In this document: piece by piece, positions 9,069 through 24,511 of the stretch
Layout of the letters: each line of letters begins with the position of its first letter
Numbering within the stretch: the first letter of the stretch is position 1
Source: an uncultured Phycisphaerales bacterium
GTDB taxonomy: Bacteria; Planctomycetota; Phycisphaerae; Tepidisphaerales; Tepidisphaeraceae
NCBI GenBank assembly: GCA_963758525.1
Contig: CAVWVQ010000003.1
Coordinates: forward strand, 928,001-992,000
Direction of reading: 5' to 3'
DNA length: 64,000 nt
Made by a program: the position numbers and the translations under genes
Notes under the pieces: generated by a model
The model's input: only the letters and a program-made list of their open reading frames with translations
Told to the model about the DNA's origin: nothing
Databases searched by the model: none

Positions 9069-9752
9069 ATGACGGATGGCGGTCGTAATTCGTTTTTCAT
9101 TTTTCCGCGGTGGGCGAACTACGCGCTCCCGGTGATCGCGCTGGCCGCGTTCGGGGGGATGATGTATGTCCCGACGCTGATCACGCTGGGGGCGTCGCCG
9201 CGGACGACGGCCGTTGGGTATTCCCCGACGCAGCCAATACCTTATAGTCATAAGCTGCACGTGGGGCAGCTTGGGCTGGACTGCAGATATTGCCATTTTT
9301 CCGTTGAGAAAGCGGCCTTTGCGGCGATCCCGCCGACGCAGGTGTGCATGAACTGTCACACGAAAATCCGGCCCAACAGCGATCAGCTCGCGCCGCTGCG
9401 GGAGAGTTGGGACACGGGCAAGCCGGTGGAGTGGGTCAAGATTCACGATCTGCCGGACTATGCGTATTTCAATCACAGCGCGCATGTGAATCATGGCATC
9501 GGCTGCGTGAGTTGCCACGGGCGGATCGACACGATGGAGAAGGTGTATCAGGTGCAGCCTTTGAGCATGGGCTGGTGCCTGGATTGTCACCGTGCTCCGG
9601 AAAAGAATTTGCGTCCGAAGGATCAGATCACGAATCTGGCGTGGAAGCCCGACCCGGACGTGGACCGGGTGCAACTCGGGCTGGAACTCAAGAAGTCGTA
9701 CGGGATTCATGACACCGCGTACATGACCAGTTGCTCGACCTGTCATCGCTGA
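9069..9752 (+). CDS. actA: Alternative complex III pentaheme cytochrome c subunit
   Basis: N-terminal TM helix, five CxxCH motifs (CRYCH, CMNCH, CVSCH, CLDCH, CSTCH), PTQPIPYSHKLH. Confidence 0.92.
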   Translation: MTDGGRNSFFIFPRWANYALPVIALAAFGGMMYVPTLITLGASPRTTAVGYSPTQPIPYSHKLHVGQLGLDCRYCHFSVEKAAFAAIPPTQVCMNCHTKIRPNSDQLAPLRESWDTGKPVEWVKIHDLPDYAYFNHSAHVNHGIGCVSCHGRIDTMEKVYQVQPLSMGWCLDCHRAPEKNLRPKDQITNLAWKPDPDVDRVQLGLELKKSYGIHDTAYMTSCSTCHR

Positions 9753-9765
9753 GAATTGCGGCTCG

Positions 9766-12848
<3,083 letters not shown>

Positions 12849-12849
<1 letters not shown>

Positions 12850-14411
12850 TGAGCATGACCGCCCTTCCAACTTCGCCCGAATCGCTCGACACGCTCTTTG
12901 CCGAAGCGCGGGCCAACGTCGCCCGCATCGCCGCCGAGCATGACAGCGACAACACTTCCGACGATCCCCGGGCGCGCATGCCGCTGGTGGTCGGCGGCAA
13001 GAACTTCACGACCGTGACGGAAAACATCGCCGGCGTGGCGGAGAACCCGACGCCGCTGGGGTGGTACATCGCCTTCGTCATCGCGCTGTCGCTGCTTGGC
13101 CTGCTCGGGCTGTGCGTCAATTATCTGATCCTCACCGGCGTCGGCGTCTGGGGAAATAATCAGCCCGTCGGATGGGGCTTTGGCATCGTCAACTTCGTCT
13201 TCTGGGTCGGCATCGGCCACGCCGGCACGCTGATTTCCGCCATCCTCTTCCTGTTCCGCCAGAACTGGCGCACGGGCATCAATCGGTTTGCCGAGGCAAT
13301 GACGATCTTCGCCGTCATCTGCGCCGGCATGTTCCCTGGGATTCACGTCGGGCGGGCGTGGATGGCGTATTACATGTTTCCCCTCCCCAACCAGATGGAG
13401 ATGTGGCCCAACTTCCGCTCGCCGCTGCTGTGGGACGTTTTTGCCGTCGGCACGTATGCGACCGTTTCGCTGCTCTTCTGGTATGTCGGAATGGTGCCCG
13501 ATCTGGCGACGTTCCGCGACCGCGCGAAGGGCCCGATCCGGCAGATTGCCTACGGAATTGCCGCTTTGGGATGGAACGGCTCGAGCCGGCACTGGCACCG
13601 CTACGAGCGGATGTATCTGCTGCTGGCCGCGCTTGCGACGCCGCTGGTGCTCTCGGTTCACTCGGTGGTGAGTTTCGATTTTGCCACCGCGCAGCTTCCA
13701 GGCTGGCACGCCACCATCTTCCCGCCCTACTTTGTCGCGGGCGCCATTTACGGCGGCTTCGCGATGGTGCTCTGCCTGGCAATTCCCTGCCGCGAATTCT
13801 TCGGCCTCAAGGACATCATCACCAAGCGGCATCTCGACAACATGGGCAAAGTGCTCCTGGCGACGGGAATGCTCGTAGCCTATTCGTATCTCTGTGAAGC
13901 ATTCATCGCCTGGTACGGTGGAAATCCCACCGAACAATTCACGTTCCGCAACCGCGCGTTCGGCCCGTATGCCTGGGCGTACTGGATCATGATCTGGTGC
14001 AACGTGATGGCGCCGCAATTCCTCTGGTCGAGCACGATTCGCAAGAACCTGCTGGCCTTGTTTATCGTGGCAACGTTCGCGAACATCGGAATGTGGTTCG
14101 AGCGATTTGTCATCATCGTCACCACATTGACCCGCGACTTCCTCCCGTCGAGTTGGCACAGCTTCCGCGCCACATGGGTCGATCTTGGGACGCTGGCGGG
14201 AAGCTTCGGATTGTTCTTCACGCTGTTCCTGCTCTTCTGCCGGTTTCTGCCAATGGTGGCGATGGCGGAAGTGAAGAGCACGATGCCGCAGGCACACAGT
14301 CATGATCCCGACGCGCATCCGGATACGCAGCGATCAGATTATCGTCCCGACGAGCATTCGGATCCGGATCATGCAGCTCCCCGTGGCGGAGGCGCCGTTT
14401 CGGCCCCGTGA
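12849..14411 (+). CDS. actC: Alternative complex III NrfD/PsrC-family membrane subunit
   Basis: [47 protein letters not shown]. Confidence 0.93.
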
Positions 14412-14426
14412 GCAAGGCGAAAACTC

Positions 14427-15017
<591 letters not shown>

Positions 15018-15049
15018 GTCGCGACTGCCGCAAAAGAGCTGAGTGATTG

Positions 15050-15859
15050 ATGAGCGAGCATCCCAATACACCGCATCCCGATGAGCCCCAGGGGGACGAG
15101 CCGGCGTCGCTGGACGACCTCTCGAAGCTTGCGGTCCCCGCGGAACTGCCGCTGCCTCCGCTGCCGCGCCCGCCCTTCTGGCTGATGGCGATTTTTCTGG
15201 TGGGCGTGGTGATCACGTGGGTGCCGCTGGCGGTCATCGCCCGGGCGCGGGTGTCGCGCTCGGAGGAGCCGGCCATCCACATCCTGCAGGACATGGGAAC
15301 GCAGCCGAAATATCGCGAGCAGCAGACCAGCGAAGTCTTCGCCGACGGACGTGCCGATCGGCAGCGCGTCGCGGGAACGGTGGCGCGTGGCATGCTCGAA
15401 GACGACGATCAATACAATCGCGGCTTCACCCGCACCATGGAGGGCTCGGGCAAGTCCACCGTGAAGTTCTTCGACGGCTTTCCCGCACAGGTGAAGGTCG
15501 ATAAGGCGCTGCTGGAGCGCGGCCAGCAGCGATTCAATATCTACTGCTATGTTTGCCACGGGTACGACGGCGCCGGGCACGGCCCGGTGAACGAACGCGC
15601 GATGGAACTGATGTCGCTGCAGCTTGCCAATTGGACGCCGGCGGCTTCTCTTCTGTCTGACACTGTCCGCGGACGGCCCAATGGACATATTTTCAACACC
15701 ATCACCAACGGCATTCGCGGAATGCCCCCGTATGGGGCGCAGGTTCCGATTGCGGACCGCTGGGCGATCGTCGCTTATGTGCGGGCGCTGGAATTGGCGC
15801 AGAACGCGCCGCTGAGCACGGTGCCGAAAGAGAATTTGAACGGCTTGCCGACGCACTGA
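15050..15859 (+). CDS. actE: Alternative complex III monoheme cytochrome c subunit
   Basis: DM..QPKY, GTVARG, CYVCHG, MPPY, DRWAIVAYVRAL. Confidence 0.9.
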   Translation: MSEHPNTPHPDEPQGDEPASLDDLSKLAVPAELPLPPLPRPPFWLMAIFLVGVVITWVPLAVIARARVSRSEEPAIHILQDMGTQPKYREQQTSEVFADGRADRQRVAGTVARGMLEDDDQYNRGFTRTMEGSGKSTVKFFDGFPAQVKVDKALLERGQQRFNIYCYVCHGYDGAGHGPVNERAMELMSLQLANWTPAASLLSDTVRGRPNGHIFNTITNGIRGMPPYGAQVPIADRWAIVAYVRALELAQNAPLSTVPKENLNGLPTH

Positions 15860-15891
15860 GTCGGTCGAGCAGGCAGCTGGTTGGAGTTTGA

Positions 15892-17195
15892 ATGGCGAAC
15901 AGCCCGACGCATCTTGATCCCCATGGAGCAGCAAGCGTGCCCGAGCGCCTTGAGCTGGGCGATAGCGCATGGCCGCTCTACTGGACGTCGACCATCGTCG
16001 GCGTCATCGGCATCCTTCTGGCGATCCTCATCGGCGCACGCGAAGACTCCACGCTCGCTCGTTTCTTTTTCGCTTATCTCGTCGCGTTTTGCTTCGTGCT
16101 GAGCCTCACGCTCGGCGCGTTGTTTTTCGTGCTGCTGCAATATCTGGTCAAGGCGGGATGGAGCGTCAACGTGCGGCGCATTGCCGAGTGGATGGCATCG
16201 TCCATGCCCGTCGTTGCCGCCATGTCGGCGCCGCTGCTGATTTCGGTGGTGATGCACAATGGCATCCCATATCGCTGGTCGACTCCCGGCTGGGGCAAGC
16301 CGGCGGTTCCCGCCGCCCATCAGGTCGAGGGCGCCGTCAAGACCGAAGAGATCAGCGCCTCCAAGCGCGCTTATCTCAGCCCGCCTTTTTTTGTCGCCCG
16401 CATCGTGATCTATTTCGCGATTTGGGGCGGCATTTCGTTCTGGTACTGGAAACAGTCTGTCCTGCAGGACAAGACCGGCGATCCAAAGCTCACCGCCCGC
16501 ATGCAATCACTGGCCGCGCCCTGCCTGGTCATTTGCGCCCTGACGACGACGCTGGCGGCCTTCGATCTGATCATGTCGCTCGATCCCACCTGGGCCAGCA
16601 CGATGTTCGGCGTCTATTACTTTGCCGGCTCGATGCTCGGGTTCTTCGCGTTCGCGATCATCGTGGTGGTCTACCTTCAGTCGAAGGGGTTTTTGACCCG
16701 AGGCATCACCGTCGAGCACATTCACGACATGGGGAAGTTTCTCTTCGCGTTCACGTTCTTCTTCGGATACATCGCCTTCAGCCAGTACATGCTGATGTGG
16801 TACGCGAATATTCCCGAGGAAACGGAATGGTTTCTCCGACGGGGCGTTTCCACGGCGCCGGCGCGCAAAACGGCTATACCGTTTTCGCGTTTTGCATTCT
16901 CTTCGGGCAGGTGCTGATTCCGTTTGCCGGGTTGTTGTCGCGGCATGTGAAGCGGAATCCGAAGTTGCTCGCGTTCTGGGCCTGCTGGCTGCTCGTGTTC
17001 CACTGGTGCGACATGTATTGGCTGATCATGCCGGAGATCAAGGCGTTCGTTTTCCCCGGTCTTCTGCCATTGTGTGCGACGGTCGGATTGCTCGGATTCT
17101 TCGTGGCAACCATCGTTCGCAAGGCGGCACACGAGTCGCTTCGGCCGCTGCATGATCCGCGGATGAATGAAGCGATGGCGTTTCACAATATTTGA
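15892..17195 (+). CDS. actF: Alternative complex III membrane subunit F (frameshift near 16860)
   Basis: AGWSV..RRIAE, MSLDPTWASTMFG, HDMGK, SQYMLMWYANIPEE; continues in the 15969 frame to PLHDPRM.EAMAFHN. Confidence 0.88.
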
Positions 17196-17232
17196 GAGTT
17201 GACCATCGGCCCCGACGGGCCAAAGGTGCTGT

Positions 17233-17553
17233 GTGGCTTTTAAACAGGAAATCAACGTTCCGCTGGTCTTCACGATCGGAGTCGTCTCCGGCTTCCTCCT
17301 GATTACCATCGTGATCGGAGTGCAGGCGTGGTACCTCAGTGAAGAGCAGGGCGAAATCGACGCCAAGGCGGATACGTCGCCGGTGCAGATTCTCGTCGAC
17401 GCCAAAGAGGCCAGGGCGCATTTGAGCGATCCGCCGCATTGGACCGACAAATCGCGCAAAACGCTGCAAATCCCCATCGAGCAGGCAATGGACCTGATCG
17501 TGAGCAACAAGGGCGTCTTGCCGGCAACGCAGCCCAGCGCCTCGGCGCAATAG
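17233..17553 (+). CDS. Small membrane-anchored ACIII-associated protein (ActG-like)
   Basis: One TM helix and W.DK....QIPIEQAM motif, located between actF and SCO. Confidence 0.7.
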   Translation: MAFKQEINVPLVFTIGVVSGFLLITIVIGVQAWYLSEEQGEIDAKADTSPVQILVDAKEARAHLSDPPHWTDKSRKTLQIPIEQAMDLIVSNKGVLPATQPSASAQ

Positions 17554-17565
17554 AGCGACGGTGAC

Positions 17566-18438
17566 TTGAAGACTGAACTGATGCGACGTGTCGCCAAACA
17601 TCTTCGGATCTTGATCGTGCTAGCCGCCGGATGCTTCGCTATCGGCGCAGCGCAAGCGCGCGGGGATACGGGCGCGGACCAGTTCCCCTCGGGTTCCGAA
17701 GCCTCCCCAAATCTTCCTCCGGTTCTCGATGGTGTTGGCGTGATTGAACATCCCAATGCACGGCTGCCGCTGGATTCCCGCTTTGTGGATGACCGGGGAC
17801 GCACCATCACGCTCGGCCAGCTTTTCAATGGAAAACGTCCTGTGGTGCTGCAGCTTGGTTACTTCGGCTGTCCCAAGCTCTGCGGTCTGATCTCGCACGG
17901 GCTGGTCGATTCCGCCAAGGTCCTGGGGCTCAAGGCCGGGTCCGACTACGACATGATCTTTGTCAGCGTGCATCCAGCGGAAACGCCCTCCCTTGCCGCC
18001 CAGGCCCACGAAGCGTTCGTTCACGACTACGGCCGTCCCGAAGAGACCGGCGGATTCCACTTTCTCGTCGGTGAGCAGAACGTAACCAAGGCACTTGCGA
18101 ATACGGTCGGCTTTCAATTCAAGAAACAGCCCGGCACTCAGTTGATCGCCCATCCGGCGGTCGTCTTCATCTGCACCCCCGATGGCCGGGTCTCCCGTTA
18201 TCTCTACGGCGTCGATTTTCCGACCCAGACGCTTCGGCTTTCGCTGGTCGACGCTTCGGATGGAAAAATCGGCACCACCGTCGATCGGATTTTAACCTTC
18301 TGCTATGACTACGACGCCAAAAGCCAGACGTATAAACTGGCGATCTGGGTCATGCGCGCCAGCGGCATTCTCACGATGCTCATGCTCGGATCGGGCATTA
18401 CCTGGCTGATCCGCCATGAGGCGCGAGCGCGACACTGA
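17566..18438 (+). CDS. SCO family copper chaperone
   Basis: YFGCPKLC (CxxxC), AHPA, G.VSRYLYG, C-terminal TM helix. Confidence 0.9.
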   Translation: MKTELMRRVAKHLRILIVLAAGCFAIGAAQARGDTGADQFPSGSEASPNLPPVLDGVGVIEHPNARLPLDSRFVDDRGRTITLGQLFNGKRPVVLQLGYFGCPKLCGLISHGLVDSAKVLGLKAGSDYDMIFVSVHPAETPSLAAQAHEAFVHDYGRPEETGGFHFLVGEQNVTKALANTVGFQFKKQPGTQLIAHPAVVFICTPDGRVSRYLYGVDFPTQTLRLSLVDASDGKIGTTVDRILTFCYDYDAKSQTYKLAIWVMRASGILTMLMLGSGITWLIRHEARARH

Positions 18439-18453
18439 TACTGAAAGACGTTC

Positions 18454-19578
18454 ATGCACCAGTTCATTCTTCCCATGCTCGCTGATCTGTGGCTGCCTCA
18501 CGGCGCGTCGACCGTCGCGGAGCCGATCGACTGGCTCTTCTATTTCATCCTGTACATCTGCGTCTTTTTCTTCTTCCTGATTCTCGGGCTGGTCTGCGTA
18601 TTCTCGTGGAAATATCGATATCAGCCGGGCAAAACGCAGGGACCGGCCCCCAAGCACAGCACGGCGCTGGAACTCACCTGGACGTTTATTCCGACGGTCA
18701 TTGTCATCGTGATCTTCTACTACGGCTTCAAGCAGTATCTGAACCTGGCGGTGCCGCCTCCCAATGCCTATGAGGTCATCGTCATCGCCCAGACCTGGAA
18801 CTACGCCTTTCAATATCCGGACGGGTCGATCGACTCGAAGCTGCACATTCCCGCAGGCGTCCCCGTGAATCTGATCCTGGAATCCAAGGACGTGATTCAC
18901 GGCTTCTACGTGCCGGAATTCCGCGTCAAGAAGGACATCGTCCCCGGACGCTACAACCGTCTGTGGTTTCAGTGCAACGAACCAGGCGTCTACGACATCT
19001 ATTGCACGCAATATTGCGGACAGGGTCATTCGCAAATGCGGTCGACCTGCACAGTCGATCCAGAATTGGATTTCAAGAAATATCTGACGGTGTTAAACAC
19101 GCCGGTCGGACCCAAGGACCAGATCGGCCGCCATCTCTATGAGACGCGCGGCTGCATGACGTGCCACACCATTGACGGCAGCAAAGGCACCGGCCCGACC
19201 TGGAAAAATATCTGGGGATACGAGGTTCAGTTTGAGTCCGGGCCGCCGCTGATCGTGGATGCCCCGTACATCCGCGAATCGATCCTGATGCCCTCCGCCA
19301 AGATCGTCAAGGGATTCAGCAACGTGATGCCCAGCTTCCAGGGGCAGTTGAAGGACGAGCAGATCAACGACATCATTGCGTTCATTCAAACCTTGAGCGA
19401 CAAATACACCCCGCCGCCGACCACTGGCCCGACCAGCGGGCCCAGCACCAAACCGGTGACTGCATCGGCAGGCGACTCGCGGGCCCGGAAAACCTCGGCG
19501 TCGATCGGGCTGTCTGATTCGGCTGCGAAGCCGTTCCAGAGCCGCGTGCCAACTTCTCCAAACAATGGAGCGTTTTGA
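18454..19578 (+). CDS. coxB: Cytochrome c oxidase subunit II with fused cytochrome c
   Basis: LELTWT; CuA ligands DVIH and [17 protein letters not shown] heme motif. Confidence 0.93.
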   Translation: MHQFILPMLADLWLPHGASTVAEPIDWLFYFILYICVFFFFLILGLVCVFSWKYRYQPGKTQGPAPKHSTALELTWTFIPTVIVIVIFYYGFKQYLNLAVPPPNAYEVIVIAQTWNYAFQYPDGSIDSKLHIPAGVPVNLILESKDVIHGFYVPEFRVKKDIVPGRYNRLWFQCNEPGVYDIYCTQYCGQGHSQMRSTCTVDPELDFKKYLTVLNTPVGPKDQIGRHLYETRGCMTCHTIDGSKGTGPTWKNIWGYEVQFESGPPLIVDAPYIRESILMPSAKIVKGFSNVMPSFQGQLKDEQINDIIAFIQTLSDKYTPPPTTGPTSGPSTKPVTASAGDSRARKTSASIGLSDSAAKPFQSRVPTSPNNGAF

Positions 19579-19597
19579 CAGGACTGGAGTCGTAACA

Positions 19598-21388
19598 ATG
19601 TCTTCCTCAGACCATCCCGTCGCAACCTCAGGGCCGGCGGTTCTTTATTTAACCCCGCCGGAAGACAACTATCTCACCCACGACAAGGGCGTACTGTCGT
19701 GGCTCTTCACGCTGGATCACAAGCGCATCGGGATCATGTACATGATTGCCGTATGCGCCTTTTTCTTCTTCGGCGGAATGTTCGCGCTGGGCCTGCGGAC
19801 GGAGTTGCTTTCGTACAACGCCTGGCAGGACCACGGCAACCACAGCGTTCCCCAGACGCTCATGCTCTACAACAACATGTTCACGCTCCACGGCGCGATC
19901 ATGGTTTTCCTGTTCATCATTCCCGCCGTGCCCGCGATTCTCGGCAATCTCATCCTCCCCATCATGCTCGGGGCCAAGGACGTGGCTTTCCCCCGCCTGA
20001 ATCTCATGAGCCTCTATGTCTACTGGCTCGGCGCCGCGTTCTTTCTCTATGTTTTGCTCGGCGGCGTGTTAGGAGCCCTGGGCCATCCGCTTCCCGGCGG
20101 GATGGGGCTCGATACCGGCTGGACGTTTTACGCGCCGTACAGCACCACTCGCAGCATGGCGGGCGTGGTCCCTGCCACCTTGGGCGCGTTCGTCGTTGGG
20201 TTCAGCTCGATTTTGACCGGCGTGAACTTCATCACGACCATTCACATTCTCCGGCCCAAAGGGATGACCTGGTTCCGCATGCCGCTGTTCCTGTGGGGCC
20301 TCTATGCCACCAGCATCATCCAGATCCTGGCAACACCGGTCCTGGCGATTACGCTGCTGCTGGTTGTCGCCGAACGCACCCTGCGGGTGGGCATTTTCGA
20401 CCCCTCCATCGGTGGCGATCCGGTCCTCTACCAGCACTTCTTCTGGTTCTACTCCCACCCCGCCGTCTACATCATGATTCTGCCGGCAATGGGCGTGATC
20501 AGCGAACTGATCTCAGTCTTCAGCCGCAAGCACATTTTCGGCTACAACTTCATCGCTTTCAGCTCCATCGCCATCGCCCTGCTCGGGTTCCTGGTTTGGG
20601 GCCATCACATGTTCGTCAGCGGCCAGTCGGCGCTGGCGGATTCGATCTTCAGCTTCCTGACATTCAGCGTGGCCATCCCCTCGGCCGTCAAGGTCTTCAA
20701 CTGGACCGCCACCCTCTACCGCGGCTCCATCCGCTTCAAGACGCCGATGCTCTATGCCCTTGGATTCATCGTGCTGTTCACCGTCGGCGGGCTCACTGGT
20801 CTTCCCCTGGGGGCTCTTGCGACCGACGTTCCGCTGCATGACACGTACTTCGTCGTGGCCCACTTCCACTACGTCATGATGGGAAGCATGCTGTTCGCCT
20901 TCCTCGGCGGCATGTACTACTGGTTCCCCAAGATTTTCGGGAAGATGTATCACGAAGATACCGGCCGTATCGCGGCCCTGATCGTCTTCCTCGGTTTTAA
21001 CCTGACGTTTTTCCCGCAATTCATCGCTGGCACCAAGGGGATGCCGCGCCGATGGGCGACGTATCCCGAGAAGTATCAGATTTATCACCAGACCTCGACC
21101 TGCGGCGCGTATCTCATGGCGATCGGGCTGTTCACCGTCGCGGGCAATTGGATTCACGCGCTGGCAAAGGGCCGCAAGGCGCCGCCAAATCCCTGGGGCG
21201 GAAACACGCTGGAATGGCACTGCAGTTCACCGCCCCCCTACTACAACTTTAAGAAGACTCCCGTCGCCGACGATCCCTATAACCTGGGGAATTGGGAGTA
21301 TGTGTCCGAGGAAGAGGGCTGGCTCCCGCGCGTGAGCGAGCCCGCGCCTGTCGCGCCGCCTGACAAGACGCTGCCGATCACGAGCTGA
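19598..21388 (+). CDS. coxA: Cytochrome c oxidase subunit I, type A2
   Basis: [15 protein letters not shown] (YS motif of the A2 class), VWGHHM, VAHFHY, GMPRR. Confidence 0.95.
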   Translation: MSSSDHPVATSGPAVLYLTPPEDNYLTHDKGVLSWLFTLDHKRIGIMYMIAVCAFFFFGGMFALGLRTELLSYNAWQDHGNHSVPQTLMLYNNMFTLHGAIMVFLFIIPAVPAILGNLILPIMLGAKDVAFPRLNLMSLYVYWLGAAFFLYVLLGGVLGALGHPLPGGMGLDTGWTFYAPYSTTRSMAGVVPATLGAFVVGFSSILTGVNFITTIHILRPKGMTWFRMPLFLWGLYATSIIQILATPVLAITLLLVVAERTLRVGIFDPSIGGDPVLYQHFFWFYSHPAVYIMILPAMGVISELISVFSRKHIFGYNFIAFSSIAIALLGFLVWGHHMFVSGQSALADSIFSFLTFSVAIPSAVKVFNWTATLYRGSIRFKTPMLYALGFIVLFTVGGLTGLPLGALATDVPLHDTYFVVAHFHYVMMGSMLFAFLGGMYYWFPKIFGKMYHEDTGRIAALIVFLGFNLTFFPQFIAGTKGMPRRWATYPEKYQIYHQTSTCGAYLMAIGLFTVAGNWIHALAKGRKAPPNPWGGNTLEWHCSSPPPYYNFKKTPVADDPYNLGNWEYVSEEEGWLPRVSEPAPVAPPDKTLPITS

Positions 21389-21438
21389 AACGCCTTGGAA
21401 ACCGCGACGATGATGATGACGAAAGGGACAACGCGAAG

Positions 21439-22369
21439 ATGAGCACTGCAACCGATACCCATGGCGCCACCGCCCTGGCCGCGCACGACGACGCGGAAGG
21501 GCACGTCCATCATTCGCCGCACCTCGCCCACCACTTCGACAGCCCCGAACAGCAGTTCATGGGCGCCAAGCTGGGCATGTGGGTGTTCCTCGGAACCGAA
21601 GTGCTGATGTTCGGCGGATTGTTCTGCGCCTACTCGGTCTATCGCCGATCCCACCCGCAGGTGTTTGAGTTTGCGGCGCAGGACTACCTCAGCACCAAGC
21701 TGGGGGCGCTGAACACAATCGTTCTCATCACCAGCAGTTTGACGATGGCCTGGGGCGTGCGATGCGCAGCTCACGCAAACCCGGGGCCTGATCATCTGCC
21801 TGATTCTCACCCTGCTCGGCGCCGCGGGATTCCTCGTCGTCAAAACCATCGAGTATCGAGCCAAATGGGTCGAGCACGTCTTTGTCGGCGACTGGCCCGG
21901 CAACCCCAACCGGTTTCTGGGCGCCGGGCAGCATCCGGCAAAGAAAATGGCTCCGCCGCCGCCCAACATCATTTCTCCCGACAACTTCAGCGACGGCAAC
22001 GCCGAAAGCCCCGATGCGGCGCAAATCCGCCCCTATATGGCCGGCCCCTCCGGTCTGACGCCCACTTATCTGCAGGAAGATAAACCGGCTCCGGTCGGTG
22101 AATATAAAACGCTCACCTATGACGATCTCTCACCGGCGGATCAGAAAAACGTCTCCACCTTCTTCAGCATTTATTTCCTCATGACCGGCCTGCACGGCGT
22201 TCACGTGGTGGTCGGCATGGGGCTGATCACCTGGATTCTGATTCGGGCGATCAAAGGTGAATTTTCCAGCGAATTCTTTACGCCGGTGGATCTGATCGGA
22301 CTCTACTGGCATCTGGTCGATCTGATCTGGATCTTCCTGTTCCCTCTGTTGTATCTGATTCACTCATAA
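21439..22369 (+). CDS. coxC: Cytochrome c oxidase subunit III (frameshift near 21770)
   Basis: [28 protein letters not shown]; second frame [28 protein letters not shown]. Confidence 0.9.
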
Positions 22370-22385
22370 CGCGAACGACATCATC

Positions 22386-23372
22386 ATGAGCAGTCTGGCC
22401 CAATCCAACGAGATCCCCGCTCCAGTCGCTGACGACGTCCCCAGCGGCGGCCATCATCCCCAGGGCGCGCACGCGGTTCCCAAGCGCGTCTTGCTGGGAG
22501 TCTATGGACTCCTGTGCCTGCTCACCGCCATCACCGTCGGCGTTTCCCTCATCGATCTGGGCCCGGCCAACATCTGGGTCGCTCTCTTCGTCGCCGTCAT
22601 CAAGGGCGGCCTGGTCGTCATGTACTTCATGCACCTGCGCTGGGACAGCCCATTCAATGGCGTGGTGCTCATCGCGGCGATGTTTTTCGTGGCGCTCTTC
22701 ATCGGCATCGCGATGCTCGATTCCAAGGAGTATCAGCCCAACCTGGAAAAGCCTGAAATCGTCCAGCAATACTCCGCCGCCGACACCGGGTCGAACCTTC
22801 CCAACGGTCCCAAGCCCCCGATGCTTCCCAGCGCGTTAACCGGGGACCAGGTGAAGGACATTCTCGCTGCTGATGTCAAAGAAACGCCCGCCAGCAAGTT
22901 GAACTATGACGACGTCGTGGCGGCCGCCGAGAAAGATCCCGGCGACGCCGAGCTTGGCGTGGCGTTGTTTCAGAACAGGGGCTGTGTGAACTGCCACACC
23001 CTGACCAAAGATCAGGCGCCCCGTGCCCCTTATCTTGGCGATGTGACTGCCCGTCACGACAAAGCCTATATCTTCGAATCGATCCTTCGTCCCAGCGCCA
23101 AGATCGCCGACGGCTTCGCCAATAATCTGTTCCAACTCAAGGACAAGACGATCCTGCAGGGCTTCCTCATTGCCGAGTCCGACGACAGCGACACCATCCG
23201 CGATACCAACGGCCTGGTCACGGTCATCCCAAAATCGATGATCAAAAAGCATCGCGTCCTTCCAGACTCGCTGATGCCCGCGGGCCTGGGCGATAATCTC
23301 ACCGTTCACGACCTGGCCTCTCTCTACGCATTCCTCGACTCGCTGAACAAAACCTCCGTCGCCGAAAAATGA
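22386..23372 (+). CDS. coxD: Cytochrome c oxidase subunit IV fused to a Pirellula/Verrucomicrobium-type CxxCH heme domain
   Basis: LL.LTAITV...IK..LVVMYFMHLRWD (prokaryotic subunit IV), then GDAELG..LF...CVNCH...ESIL.PSAKIADGF...SLMP.GL. Confidence 0.85.
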   Translation: MSSLAQSNEIPAPVADDVPSGGHHPQGAHAVPKRVLLGVYGLLCLLTAITVGVSLIDLGPANIWVALFVAVIKGGLVVMYFMHLRWDSPFNGVVLIAAMFFVALFIGIAMLDSKEYQPNLEKPEIVQQYSAADTGSNLPNGPKPPMLPSALTGDQVKDILAADVKETPASKLNYDDVVAAAEKDPGDAELGVALFQNRGCVNCHTLTKDQAPRAPYLGDVTARHDKAYIFESILRPSAKIADGFANNLFQLKDKTILQGFLIAESDDSDTIRDTNGLVTVIPKSMIKKHRVLPDSLMPAGLGDNLTVHDLASLYAFLDSLNKTSVAEK

Positions 23373-23378
23373 CCCCCC

Positions 23379-23401
23379 GTGGCATGGGCGCCCCGCCCAT
23401 G
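23379..23401. repeat. REP family B, GTGGCATGGGCGYCCCGCCCATG
   Basis: Also at 25957-25979, with an inverted partner at 26050-26081. Confidence 0.8.
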
Positions 23402-23539
23402 CGGGCTGCATCAGCAATAAAATGAATTGGGATCGCAAGTATCTGCCATCCAGGTTCCCTTTTTTGCCCTTCTACGTGATAGGTGGAAGCCCGTGCCAGG
23501 CCTGCGACGGGCCCTAAGATTCACTCGGACCGCACCTCA

Positions 23540-24160
23540 ATGCCGTCAAAAGAAGATTCATCATCGCCTCGTTTCGGCTCGCCAACCCATCCACCGGCGA
23601 CGCTCGCCACCCGCGCGGGCACGGTCGCGATGGTGCTCTTCCTCCTCTCACTGGGAATGCTCTTTTTCGTCAGCATTCTCGGCTACGTGCTGATTCGCAC
23701 GCGCAGCGAAAAAAGCCCGCCCCTGGGAGCAATTCAGATTCCCGCGGGATTATTCCTTAGCACCGTCCTGGTGATCGCCGGAAGCTTCACCATGCACTTT
23801 GCCGTTCGCGACGTACGCCAGGAAAAACTCGCGCAACTCCGCAACTGGCTGTCGATCACGCTCACCATTTCCGTCGCATTCCTGCTCCTCCAGGCCGTCT
23901 TCCTCCGCGAGCTGTTGGTGGAACATGCCGATGCCCAATCTCATGGCATCGTCCTCTACGGCCTGATCTTCTTCCTCGTCCTCCTGCACGGCCTCCACGT
24001 CGTCGGCGGGGTCGTCGCCCTGCTTCTGGTCTACATCGGCGCCCGCGCCGGCCGATACGATCACGAACATTTCTACCCCGTCCGCAACGCCTGCCTCTAC
24101 TGGCATTTCCTCGACGGCGTCTGGCTCACCATGTTCGCGATGTTCATCATCTTGCGGTGA
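23540..24160 (+). CDS. Second heme-copper oxidase subunit III-family protein
   Basis: LFLLSLGMLF, LHGLHVVGG, YWHFLDGVW. Confidence 0.85.
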   Translation: MPSKEDSSSPRFGSPTHPPATLATRAGTVAMVLFLLSLGMLFFVSILGYVLIRTRSEKSPPLGAIQIPAGLFLSTVLVIAGSFTMHFAVRDVRQEKLAQLRNWLSITLTISVAFLLLQAVFLRELLVEHADAQSHGIVLYGLIFFLVLLHGLHVVGGVVALLLVYIGARAGRYDHEHFYPVRNACLYWHFLDGVWLTMFAMFIILR

Positions 24161-24500
24161 GGGGACGGAGGGAGAGAGGGACAGAGGGACAGAGGGACGG
24201 AGGGACAAAGGGACAAAGGGATAAAGGGACAAAGGGACACAGGGACAAAGGGATGGAGGGACAGATGGACGGAGGGACAGAGGGGTGGAGAAACAAAGGG
24301 ACAAAGGGGACACCACCCGACGAAGTAATGCCAGCGTAAGATGATTCCGAACTCGCCAGGGGTGTCGAGGTAGCTTGCCCTTCGCGGAGCGTCCCGCCGA
24401 TTTCTTCAATTTTGCAATTCGCAATCCCCAATTTGCAATTTGCAATCTCCCTGATCTCCCTTTGCAATTTGCAATCTCCCTATCTCCCTCTGCAATTTGC
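24160..24500. repeat. Octamer (AGGGACAR/GAGGGACG) and heptamer (TTTGCAA) microsatellites around a GTAG REP half-site
   Basis: Tandem arrays at 24160-24312 and 24408-24501. GTAGCTTGCCCTTCGCGG at 24370-24387 is identical to 28391-28408. Confidence 0.8.
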
Positions 24501-24511
24501 ACTCCCCTCCG

